32,753 nt of DNA from a virus (taxonomy: Duplodnaviria > Caudoviricetes). Positions 1 through 8,087 of the stretch are shown in pieces. Numbering within the stretch: position 1 is the stretch's first letter; each line of letters starts with the position of its first letter. The notes under the pieces were generated by a model. The model saw only the letters and a program-made list of their open reading frames with translations. It made no database searches and was not told where the DNA came from. The position numbers were made by a program, and so were the translations under genes. The stretch is taken from positions 1-32,753 of IMG/VR virus record IMGVR_UViG_3300038673_000457. One strand, written 5' to 3'.

Positions 1-2
1 TG

Positions 3-320
3 CTGGTCGTCAAGGCCAGGGAATACGTGCGCAACGGCGACCGGCTCCATAATTTCCATGTGGCGGCCCGGATGAACGGCTGCACACCCGAACGGGCCTT
101 GAAGGGCATGTGGGACAAGCATCTCGTTTCGATATTCGACATTGTGGACGACCTGGACCGTGGAGAGAGTGTTGATCTGGAAATCGCAAGGGAAAAAGTC
201 CGGGATAACATCAACTACCTGTATCTGTTGTGGGCTTTGCTGAATGAGAGAAACCAGGAAGCAGGGAGGCCGGAAGAAAGAGCACCAGGACACACAGCCG
301 TTTCCGCCGGACTGGCTTGA
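3..320 (+). CDS. 5'-truncated small helical phage protein, possibly MazG-like/nucleotide-modification-associated
   Basis: Frame is open from position 3 (LVVKAREYVRNGDRLHNF...KH..S..D...EKVRDNINYLYLL). The K..EY..NF and D.INY pattern recalls all-alpha NTP-pyrophosphatase-like phage proteins. Confidence 0.5.
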   Translation: MVVKAREYVRNGDRLHNFHVAARMNGCTPERALKGMWDKHLVSIFDIVDDLDRGESVDLEIAREKVRDNINYLYLLWALLNERNQEAGRPEERAPGHTAVSAGLA

Positions 321-435
321 ATTGTTCGATGTGGAAACTCTTGAACGGTTGGCGATCATGACGATTGACGGGGGGTTAACGGATTCTGAAGCGTTGACAA
401 TGCTGGCAAAGGGCACTGGCTTCAGGGAAAGGTGA
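244..435 (+). CDS. Small hypothetical phage protein
   Basis: ERLAIMTIDGGLTDSEA resembles the recurrent phage motif ERAAI.E.DGGL...EAE. Stop overlaps the next start (GTGA). Confidence 0.5.
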   Translation: MRETRKQGGRKKEHQDTQPFPPDWLELFDVETLERLAIMTIDGGLTDSEALTMLAKGTGFRER

Positions 436-1007
436 AAATGGGATTTGGCGCTGATGATCGCTTTGAATGGGTGTTAGATAAAAAAGTAAAGAATTTGTTT
501 TTTTCGTCTCTCACATGGCAATTGCTGAAAAAGGCGGAAGTAACAAAGCAACTCCCTGGCGAGGATAAGGGTTCCTATGCAGGACGTTGCGGATACGACA
601 CAAGATATTTAAAAGTTGGAGAAAAAATAGGATTTTACGCAGGGGCAAATATGGAAAAAATGGTCGTAGCGTGGAGTGAGCTGACAAAAGAAGTTGGGGA
701 TGCAAAGAAGGAAGTGGAGGAAATGTATAACCAGATCAGTGCTGTGTCACAGCAGATAAAGCCAAAGATTAAAGAGCAAATTCAGGAAATCAGGTCAGCA
801 AGAATGGCCGCGGTATCAGAAATCCAAGCGACAATGGCGGCGCTTAAGGATATCCGAAAGTTCTTTTTGGAATCTGATTACAAAGAGGAAATCCAACGGT
901 TGAGGGAATTCACAAGGCTCTGCGAGGAACTGAAAAGGTTGAAAGAAGATGGAACATTGGATGCTCTTTGTGATGTAACGATTAAGTTGGGAATAGGCAA
1001 ATTATAG
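432..1007 (+). CDS. Hypothetical protein with C-terminal coiled coil
   Basis: 191-aa ORF coupled to the upstream gene, with an E/K/Q-rich helical C-terminal half. Confidence 0.65.
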   Translation: MKMGFGADDRFEWVLDKKVKNLFFSSLTWQLLKKAEVTKQLPGEDKGSYAGRCGYDTRYLKVGEKIGFYAGANMEKMVVAWSELTKEVGDAKKEVEEMYNQISAVSQQIKPKIKEQIQEIRSARMAAVSEIQATMAALKDIRKFFLESDYKEEIQRLREFTRLCEELKRLKEDGTLDALCDVTIKLGIGKL

Positions 1008-1019
1008 AAATGGCGGTGG

Positions 1020-1784
1020 ATGATGTCAGGGAATAAGGCATTACGGAGAGCTTTTAAGGTGTCCGATGGAATAAGGATATCGGGGAACGTGCCTTTGATC
1101 ACGGACACTACGGAACTAATTACGCCTCAGATCGCACAAGACATGCTCAAGCACAACACCAACAACAGGCCGATCAACTGGCGGAAGGTCGAAGAATATG
1201 CAGATATTATGGCAAAGGGTCGATGGAAACTGCACAGCCAAGGTATTGTCTTTGATGAAAATGGCGTCCTGCTCACCGGCCAAAAACGTCTTTGGGCTGT
1301 CATCTATAGCGAAACCAATGTTTATATGCGAGTAAGCCGCGGATGCCCGGCAGACACTGTGAGAATGTTGGACAGAGGAGAACCACAAAGCGCCAGAGAC
1401 CTCGCGGCCCGCGAAACAGAAAGAAAGCATTCGCCAACAGAAACCAGCATCGCCAGGGGGATTTCTGTGCTGAGAGGGGTTAATAAGCCATCAAAAGATA
1501 TCCTTGCCGACATCTTGGTTGAAAAGGCTGAGATTCTTAAAATTGTGCTGGATGAAACCAAGGGGACAAAAAAAACAAAGCCCATCCTGATGATCTTGGC
1601 GGCAATTTGTAAAGAGCATAACGATATAAGTAAAATTAGAGATCTTGCCCATAAAGTCGAAGGGATCGCACAAAAACTTGAACAGTCACTCCTTCCAAGC
1701 ACTGCGGATAAATGTTGGGGGAAAGGTGTTGCCTTTGTCTTGGCTATGGAATCTGCGAAGAAATGTGTTCAGGATTTTGCTTAA
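1020..1784 (+). CDS. ParB/Srx-like N-terminal domain protein with degenerate motif
   Basis: ITPQIAQDML..NTNNRPI...V..YA..M..G.W....QGIVFDENGVLLTGQKRLWAV matches phage ParB-like proteins, which normally read DGQHRL. Confidence 0.75.
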   Translation: MMSGNKALRRAFKVSDGIRISGNVPLITDTTELITPQIAQDMLKHNTNNRPINWRKVEEYADIMAKGRWKLHSQGIVFDENGVLLTGQKRLWAVIYSETNVYMRVSRGCPADTVRMLDRGEPQSARDLAARETERKHSPTETSIARGISVLRGVNKPSKDILADILVEKAEILKIVLDETKGTKKTKPILMILAAICKEHNDISKIRDLAHKVEGIAQKLEQSLLPSTADKCWGKGVAFVLAMESAKKCVQDFA

Positions 1785-1809
1785 TAATACAGAGCAGGGG
1801 ATGGAATAA

Positions 1810-1992
1810 ATGTCGGATAAAACTCTTGTTGGTAAAAAGGCTATTTCTGAATTTGTCGGTCGGTCCTGGGGCACGATAAGACGTTGGATCAGGGAAGAGG
1901 GGTTCCCGGCGAAAAAGATTGATGGTGTTTGGCACAGTGATGCGGATCTGGTGCGGGAGTGGCTGAAATCTAAAATTTCTGAAAGTGAATAG
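1810..1992 (+). CDS. Small winged-HTH DNA-binding protein (excisionase/AlpA-like), candidate late regulator
   Basis: LVGKKAISEFVGRSWGTIRRWIREEGFPAKKIDGVW is an HTH plus wing pattern. Last gene of the + strand early block. Confidence 0.8.
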   Translation: MSDKTLVGKKAISEFVGRSWGTIRRWIREEGFPAKKIDGVWHSDADLVREWLKSKISESE

Positions 1993-2008
1993 CAACATTT
2001 TTTGAAAT

Positions 2009-2041
2009 GTTATTCGGCCGCTGGAGTCGAACCCGAATAAC
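2009..2041. repeat. 9-bp perfect inverted repeat between convergent genes
   Basis: GTTATTCGG (2009-2017) and CCGAATAAC (2033-2041). Confidence 0.6.
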
Positions 2042-2113
2042 GACCATTTATCTATTCGAATATATTACATATAAAAATTCTTAGAGATCGTTTATAATGG
2101 AACTGAGAGGCTT

Positions 2114-2458
2114 TTAGACCAGCCAAGTATCCCTTGTATACTGCCATGCATGAGAATAGTCATGTGAATTACCTAACCATAATAATTTTATCATGCCATT
2201 ATCAAGTAGAAATATTCTCGATTCAGAAGACTTACAATCGATATTATAAGAACCTCCCAAAAGCATTTTGTTGCCACTTATTTTTCTCGTGTCTCTTGCT
2301 GATGTCAATAATCCCTTTAATATCAAGTTTTTTGCTCGATTATAGTATAATCTTGTAACTGAACTCTTTTTTGCTAACAATTCCTTAAACTGATATTCAT
2401 CCATTACATCCGGCAAGTCATCAATGAATGCCTCAAAATTTATATCAATATTTTTCAT
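2114..2458 (-). CDS. Hypothetical protein, weak RelE/HigB-like resemblance
   Basis: 114-aa AT-rich ORF co-oriented with the RM genes. C-terminal RIFLL...IKLLWLGNSHDY. Confidence 0.5.
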   Translation of the reverse strand: MKNIDINFEAFIDDLPDVMDEYQFKELLAKKSSVTRLYYNRAKNLILKGLLTSARDTRKISGNKMLLGGSYNIDCKSSESRIFLLDNGMIKLLWLGNSHDYSHAWQYTRDTWLV

Positions 2459-2634
2459 TGTTTTGCCCTGTGGACAATTATGTCACCTTAGGTGAATGGA
2501 AGAATACCCTCAGCGTCAGACAAAGACTTTAGGCAGTGAAAATTTGACTGTTATTAATTTACTCGCCTTTATACTTTGATAAATATCTCCTGATGGCAGT
2601 TTCAGATCAAATTGATTAAGTAAGATCGTTTTAT

Positions 2635-3111
2635 TTAAATATTCTGGGATATAATTTTAGGAACGTTGTTGCTCTCTGCCAAATATTTCAGATTTCTAGC
2701 AATTATATCAACCGCTTCTTCTATTGGGACATGCTCCCATATTCTTAATACATGCCATCCGTTTTCAGTGAGAAGCTTTGTATCAGCATTGTCTTTATCT
2801 CTATTTCTATTTAGCTTTTCTTCCCAATATTGAACATTGTTTTTGGGTATGTGTCCGTGTTGAGGGCATAAGTGCCAGAAACACCCATCAATGAAAACTA
2901 CAAGTTTGGCTTTTTTAAAAACAATGTCAGGACGACAATTCTTATCATTAATTTTTATAAAAACATCCTTTTTGAATCTTAAGCCCCGTCTATGTAACAA
3001 TGACCTGATTGCTATTTCAGGTTTTGTGTTTTTCCTCTTGTTAGCCTTCATAGACTTTGTAACCGCTATGGAAGCTGGGTGTGGGTAACGAGGGTCGTTA
3101 GTTTTAAGCAC
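2635..3111 (-). CDS. vsr: Very short patch repair endonuclease
   Basis: M.ANKRKNTKPE, RPDIVF, VFIDGCFWH.C, YWEEKLNRN..RD, GWHVLRIWEH. GTG start overlaps the methyltransferase stop. Confidence 0.95.
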   Translation of the reverse strand: MLKTNDPRYPHPASIAVTKSMKANKRKNTKPEIAIRSLLHRRGLRFKKDVFIKINDKNCRPDIVFKKAKLVVFIDGCFWHLCPQHGHIPKNNVQYWEEKLNRNRDKDNADTKLLTENGWHVLRIWEHVPIEEAVDIIARNLKYLAESNNVPKIISQNI

Positions 3112-4426
3112 AGGAAGCTTTCCTTTGCATATTTTCTCCTGAATATGAATATTCGGTTTTCAAAAGAAAATTTGGATTATGCTCAAGAATATCTGTCATT
3201 ATTTTTTTAATGACAGGCACACTGACCGCATTACCCAACTGCTTATATGCAAAGTTATCATTAGGATGCAGAATGTAGCTATCATCATACCCCTGCAACC
3301 TAGCGCACTCTCTAGGGGTTATTCTACGAACTCTTCCGTTGTGATAAACTCCTAGTCTTTGAGCGTCAGAAGCTGTCAAGGTAATTGATATGCTATCCAA
3401 GTCTAGGAATTTAAATACCTCGAAAGACATATTTCCGCACACTGGGTTAAATTTCCCATCGTTGTTTCGTAAATAACCTTTACGCAAAAGCTCACTTATC
3501 AAAAAGTCTATGTCAGGAGGAGTGTAAAATGTTTTTATTTGTTCAATCGTCAACGCTTTGCCATCCTGATGTGTTCCAAAAATGTGTTTGCGCCGATTTG
3601 AGAGGAGGAGGTTCATAAACTCAATTTCTTCCCGTGTACAATAGCCCTTAATGCCTAAATCCCACGAATGTATTGAATTACCGTGCCTTGTATCAATTAA
3701 TCGAATGCCATTCAACTTGTTTAGATCACCATTAAGGATTTCTTTCAGCCTTTCCACGAACCATTCGGAACAGTCGTATTTTTTATCAGCATTATCCTCA
3801 AGAACATGACGTACTACACGCCATTCGTATTTATGAAAAAGAGGTTGTTGCTTGGAATATTTTGTGAATGCGTGAGAATCATTTGCGCCACGATCATTGG
3901 GCAGCGTGATTTCTTTTAGTGGTTCAAGGGAGGCTATAATGTAGATACGTACCCTGTTTTGTGGAACACCATAGTTGCTGGAATTTAACAAACGATACTG
4001 AACGTGGTAGCCAAGGCTGTGTAATTTATCAAGGATGGTTTTAAAAGTCCGCCCTTTGTCATGGCTTGTTAGACCACGAACATTCTCCAGAAAGCAAAGC
4101 CTCGGATTGTGAGTTTGAATCAGTTTTTCGACTTCAAAAAAAAGAGTCCCTCTGGTATCTGCAAATCCACGTTGTTTACCTGCATAGGAAAATGCTTGAC
4201 ATGGAAAACCAGCAAGCATCACATCAAAAGGGGAAACTTTATCGAGATTTCTAATATCACCATAAGGATTCTCATCAAAGTTTAACTCATATGTTTGACA
4301 AGCTTTCTTGTCGATTTCAACGCTCTTGACACATTTCGACATAATGCCTTTTTCTTGCAGAGCTTGTTGAAACCCTAACCTAATTCCACCGGTCCCAGCG
4401 AATAAATCAATGAAAGTAATCATCAA
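3104..4426 (-). CDS. DNA (cytosine-5) methyltransferase, M.BanI/M.HgiCI-like
   Basis: Motif I DLFAGTGG, IV GFPCQ, VI ENV, VIII QNRVR, IX RECARLQG, X KQLGNAV. The variable region (GNSIHSWDLGIKG, GTHQDGKALT, NPVCGNMSFEVFKFLD) matches my recollection of M.BanI (GGYRCC). Confidence 0.93.
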   Translation of the reverse strand: MMITFIDLFAGTGGIRLGFQQALQEKGIMSKCVKSVEIDKKACQTYELNFDENPYGDIRNLDKVSPFDVMLAGFPCQAFSYAGKQRGFADTRGTLFFEVEKLIQTHNPRLCFLENVRGLTSHDKGRTFKTILDKLHSLGYHVQYRLLNSSNYGVPQNRVRIYIIASLEPLKEITLPNDRGANDSHAFTKYSKQQPLFHKYEWRVVRHVLEDNADKKYDCSEWFVERLKEILNGDLNKLNGIRLIDTRHGNSIHSWDLGIKGYCTREEIEFMNLLLSNRRKHIFGTHQDGKALTIEQIKTFYTPPDIDFLISELLRKGYLRNNDGKFNPVCGNMSFEVFKFLDLDSISITLTASDAQRLGVYHNGRVRRITPRECARLQGYDDSYILHPNDNFAYKQLGNAVSVPVIKKIMTDILEHNPNFLLKTEYSYSGENMQRKASCA

Positions 4427-4432
4427 AACTTC

Positions 4433-5452
4433 CTATCCTGTAAGATTCTCAGCAATAAAATCCGTCAATTCTTGCAATCCACTGTCTGAGAAGTTAACTG
4501 TGCAATCGCTAAATTGTAGAATTGTTTTGACAGCGTTCCTCCGTTGAAAATTGCCAGATCCGTCAATAATATAAGCCACCTTGTGCCCTTTTTCGTGTAA
4601 TAGGTGCTGTCTGTTCATGGCTAGACCTGCTTTACGTTCTATTACTGAATTTGTTGTGACTTGGAAGCTAATCTCTATTGCTACGGATTTTTTTGTATTT
4701 ACATTTGTTGCTACAAGGTCGAATGTCGTTAAATCCCTATCGTTGTGTGAAACATCAGGTATAGTGTGACCACCGATGCTTATTTTTGTCGGAAGATTAG
4801 CCCGTATGTATTTATCTGCAAAGTGCTCGCATACATGACCGAGATCATTAACAGTTGCCCCACCAGTAATTCGACTAACAATTATGTATCTCTGCTTAAC
4901 AAATTCATCAAGCAACTCCGGTTGCCCTATTAGCTGACCTATCACGCATTTATCACGCATTTCTGTTGGTAAATTGTCATTATTAATTATCGATGACCCC
5001 CATAAAAGTATCATCGATACATCAATCATATCATGTGAAAAAGGCTTTCCAGTTAGAAGTACGGATTTCTCGACATTGAGCTTTTTGTTCGTCCATACCC
5101 TAGCCCTCTCACTGAAATTATATGTGTGTGTGGTTTCCCTCCAAACAAATTCCATGATATTATTTGGGAATAATTGTTTAAAATCCTTGGCAAATCTTTG
5201 TAACCTTTCACCCCCAATGTCTGACAACACCATCAAATGCTTCAAGAACAAATTTGGTGTAATTGTGCTGGCAGTTTGAATAACATCAAGCCAAGAGACT
5301 GGTGATTTATCAGAACACTTCAGTACGCTTAAGAATTTGTTTTGTGTTTCTAACAATACAGGCAATGAGCTTACTTCAGCAACGGCATCGTGTAAATGAG
5401 CAGGCCAATACAAACATGCAGTGCTTTCCAGTTCTTCAATAGATTTAGGCAT
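4433..5452 (-). CDS. Type II restriction endonuclease, BanI/HgiCI-like
   Basis: Adjacent to the C5 methyltransferase. PNLFLKHLMVLSDIGGE and FD...AIEISFQVTTNSVIERK match my recollection of the R.BanI/HgiCI family (PD-(D/E)xK variant). Confidence 0.85.
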   Translation of the reverse strand: MPKSIEELESTACLYWPAHLHDAVAEVSSLPVLLETQNKFLSVLKCSDKSPVSWLDVIQTASTITPNLFLKHLMVLSDIGGERLQRFAKDFKQLFPNNIMEFVWRETTHTYNFSERARVWTNKKLNVEKSVLLTGKPFSHDMIDVSMILLWGSSIINNDNLPTEMRDKCVIGQLIGQPELLDEFVKQRYIIVSRITGGATVNDLGHVCEHFADKYIRANLPTKISIGGHTIPDVSHNDRDLTTFDLVATNVNTKKSVAIEISFQVTTNSVIERKAGLAMNRQHLLHEKGHKVAYIIDGSGNFQRRNAVKTILQFSDCTVNFSDSGLQELTDFIAENLTG

Positions 5453-5661
5453 CTTGACCCACCGATTCCAAGAGATTATATTTTTGAATCAAGCACTTAA
5501 CTGAGCATAACCCGATTTTCAGTTTCTGTGGCTATGAGGAGTAAGATGTATACTTTCCTGATTGGTAAGTCAAATATGATCTTTTTATGAGCTATTCGCC
5601 TTCACTGCATTTATGAAAATAAAATCATTTAAATAGGTTCGTTTCGAATTTGACCTTACTT

Positions 5662-5683
5662 AAGGCCAGTCCTCGGCCTTTTT
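5662..5683 (+). terminator. Putative intrinsic terminator upstream of the late promoter
   Basis: AAGGCC-AGTCCTC-GGCCTT running into a T tract. Confidence 0.5.
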
Positions 5684-5710
5684 AATACCCCTGTCAAGAT
5701 ACAAAAAGTG

Positions 5711-5750
5711 ATCGTACGCGGTCATAGGCGGTCATAGGCGGTCATACACG
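5711..5750 (+). repeat. Four tandem 10-bp units upstream of terS
   Basis: ATCGTACGCG GTCATAGGCG GTCATAGGCG GTCATACACG. Confidence 0.9.
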
Positions 5751-5768
5751 GTTTTAGCAAAATTCCTG

Positions 5769-5777
5769 TGGTAGGCT
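5769..5777 (+). promoter_or_regulatory. Putative extended -10 element of the late promoter
   Basis: TG-G-TAGGCT ends 9 nt before the terS ATG. No Shine-Dalgarno sequence and no consensus -35. Confidence 0.4.
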
Positions 5778-5786
5778 GTTGTCACC

Positions 5787-6323
5787 ATGAAAGGCAAGCC
5801 GCTCAACCGTCGCCAGAAATTATTTGTGCAAGAATACCTCGTTGATCTGAATGCCACCCAGGCGGCGATCCGGGCAGGGTACGATCCCAAATATGCGGGG
5901 CGGAATGCCGATAAGTTACGAAAAAATACGAAAATCGAGGAGGCGATTCAGGAGGCGGTAGCCGAACGCTCCAAGCGCACCGAGATCACCCAGGACATGG
6001 TGGTCAAGGAACTGGCCCTGATGGGATTCGCGGACATGGCTGATTTCGTCACGATCGATGAAAGCGGCATGATTCAGGCGAATCCCCTGAACACCCTGGC
6101 TGAGGGCAAGAGCCGGATCATCCGGAAGGTTCGGGAGAAGCGCGTTATCAAGTCTACTGCCGAGGGGGATACGGTCCTCGATGCCACTTACGAATTCGAA
6201 CTCTGCGACAAGGTCAAAAGCCTGGAGCTGCTTGGAAAGCATCTGGGGATGTTCACCGAGAAGCGCGAGATCGATTTCAAGCAACCCATTAACCTGACGA
6301 TAAAGAAGTTTTACCGGAAGTAA
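5787..6323 (+). CDS. terS: Terminase small subunit
   Basis: LNRRQKLFVQEYLVDLNATQAAIRAGY ... DKVKSLELLGKHLGMF is the Terminase_2 signature. Confidence 0.95.
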   Translation: MKGKPLNRRQKLFVQEYLVDLNATQAAIRAGYDPKYAGRNADKLRKNTKIEEAIQEAVAERSKRTEITQDMVVKELALMGFADMADFVTIDESGMIQANPLNTLAEGKSRIIRKVREKRVIKSTAEGDTVLDATYEFELCDKVKSLELLGKHLGMFTEKREIDFKQPINLTIKKFYRK

Positions 6324-6325
6324 GG

Positions 6326-7690
6326 ATGAATCGGAGACCAATGGACCTGGAACTTCCTCATAACGGCTGGCAGCCTCGTGACGATCAGATGGACCTCTGG
6401 GAGTATCTGCAGGAAGGCGGGCTCCGAGCTGTCGAATGTGCTCACCGGAGGTGGGGCAAGGACGAAATAGCCCTCCATTACACAGCCTGCGCCTCACAAG
6501 AACGAATCGGCAACTACTGGCACCTCTTGCCTCAATTCAACCAGTGCCGCAAGGCGATCTGGGAAGCGGTCAATCCTCACACGGGGAAGCTCCGCATCGA
6601 TGAGGCATTTCCTGCCGAGATCAGGGCCGGGGTTCGCAATACGGACATGATGATCCCGCTCAAGAGCGGCAGCACATGGCAGGTGGTCGGCAGCGACAAT
6701 TTCGACGCCCTGGTCGGCTCTCCGCCGATCGGGATTGTTTTTTCCGAATACGCCCTGAGCGATCCCCGTTGCTGGGCCTACCTCTCCCCGATCCTGGAAG
6801 AAAACGGTGGCTGGGCGGCTTTCATTTCCACCTCTCGCGGCGACAACCATTTCAAAAAGCTGGTCGATTTCGCCCGCATCACCCCCGGCTGGTTCTGTCA
6901 GATTCTTCCCGCAGACAAGACGCCTGTTTTCACTGCCCTGCGCCTGGAAGAGATCCGGATGGAGCTGATCGGAACATTCGGCCCCGAAATCGGCGATGCG
7001 ATGTTCCAGCAGGAATATTTCTGTTCGTTCCAGGGCGCGATCCTGGGAGCCTACTACGCCAAGCAGATGCTGCAGGCCCGGAAGGATGGCCGAATCACCC
7101 GCGTTCCACATGCGGCGGGCTCCGAGGTCTATACCTTCTGGGATCTGGGCGTGGATGACTCCATGACGATCTGGTTTCTGCAACAGGTCGGGAAGGAATT
7201 CCGGTTCATCGACTACTACGAGAACTCCGGCATGGGCCTGGCCCACTACGCCAAGGTCCTGAAGGAAAAGCCCTATGTCTACGGCGATCACTACATGCCC
7301 CACGATGCGGCTGTCCGGGAAATGAGCAGCGGCGAGAACGCGAAATCCCGGGCGGAGGTGGCCGAGGAGTTGGGGATTCGTCCTGTAAAGATTGTCCAGC
7401 GGGCGCGCAACACAGACGCGGTGATGATGGGGATCGAGGCATGCCGGAACATCCTCTCGCAGTGCTGGTTCGATGAGGCCAAGTGCGCTCAGGGGATTTC
7501 GGCCCTGGAAGGCTACAAGGCCGAGTACAACGAAGAGAAAAAGGTCCTGAGCAATACCCCGCTCCACGATTATTGTTCTCACGGCGCGGATGCATTCCGG
7601 ACGTTTGCCGTCGGGTATGCGGAAAAAACCAAGGGCAACTCCTGGTCCAAGCTGGCCAGGATCCTACCAAGAAACGCGATGGCGGTGTGA
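6326..7690 (+). CDS. terL: Terminase large subunit
   Basis: Walker A HRRWGKD, Walker B-like IVFSEYA, coupling motif FISTSRG, QEYFCSF, nuclease WDLGVDD and SHGADAFR. Alternative start at 6341. Confidence 0.95.
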   Translation: MNRRPMDLELPHNGWQPRDDQMDLWEYLQEGGLRAVECAHRRWGKDEIALHYTACASQERIGNYWHLLPQFNQCRKAIWEAVNPHTGKLRIDEAFPAEIRAGVRNTDMMIPLKSGSTWQVVGSDNFDALVGSPPIGIVFSEYALSDPRCWAYLSPILEENGGWAAFISTSRGDNHFKKLVDFARITPGWFCQILPADKTPVFTALRLEEIRMELIGTFGPEIGDAMFQQEYFCSFQGAILGAYYAKQMLQARKDGRITRVPHAAGSEVYTFWDLGVDDSMTIWFLQQVGKEFRFIDYYENSGMGLAHYAKVLKEKPYVYGDHYMPHDAAVREMSSGENAKSRAEVAEELGIRPVKIVQRARNTDAVMMGIEACRNILSQCWFDEAKCAQGISALEGYKAEYNEEKKVLSNTPLHDYCSHGADAFRTFAVGYAEKTKGNSWSKLARILPRNAMAV

Positions 7691-7691
7691 C

Positions 7692-8084
7692 ATGGCAATA
7701 GCGGAACGTCGTTTTGGATATCACGAGGGGAAACCTGCCTTGTTTATCATTCCGACAGTGCGGCATGAGAAGAGCGCCGGATTCATCATCAAGCTGGATG
7801 ACCTATGGAAATACAGCGAGGATCACAATCCGCATTTCGGCGAATTCTGGCCGGCGCAGACGGCTAAGATTCTCACCGTGCTGGGATACCAGGTCGCCCA
7901 GGATCGGCATTCATTCGTGAAGCAGATGGTCCAACTCGCCAACGTGATAATGGATGGGATCGATGACCTGATCAAGATGGTTCCACGGGATGAAAGCACG
8001 GTCGAGGGCGTGGAGCCGATCTTTGACGTTGAAGCCCCGAAACCTCTCAATATGGAAGGCATGAGCATCATTCACCAAGGATAG
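7692..8084 (+). CDS. Hypothetical protein (130 aa) between terL and portal
   Basis: ATG 1 nt after the terL stop. Start moved from 7590 in the track. Confidence 0.75.
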   Translation: MAIAERRFGYHEGKPALFIIPTVRHEKSAGFIIKLDDLWKYSEDHNPHFGEFWPAQTAKILTVLGYQVAQDRHSFVKQMVQLANVIMDGIDDLIKMVPRDESTVEGVEPIFDVEAPKPLNMEGMSIIHQG

Positions 8085-8087
8085 CCG

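Noticed and set aside
2016-2034. Minus-strand GGTTCGACTCC resembling a tRNA T-arm or att remnant
   Set aside because: No cloverleaf, acceptor stem or CCA can be built. The flanking GTT...AAC repeat is also in the wrong order for an integron attC.
5711-5750. Tandem repeats as a CRISPR array
   Set aside because: The units are 10 bp with no spacers, and there are no cas genes.
6734-6754. TerL Walker B reading FSE rather than hhhhDE
   Set aside because: I recall this variant in other terminases with the HRRxGK Walker A, so it is not evidence of inactivation.
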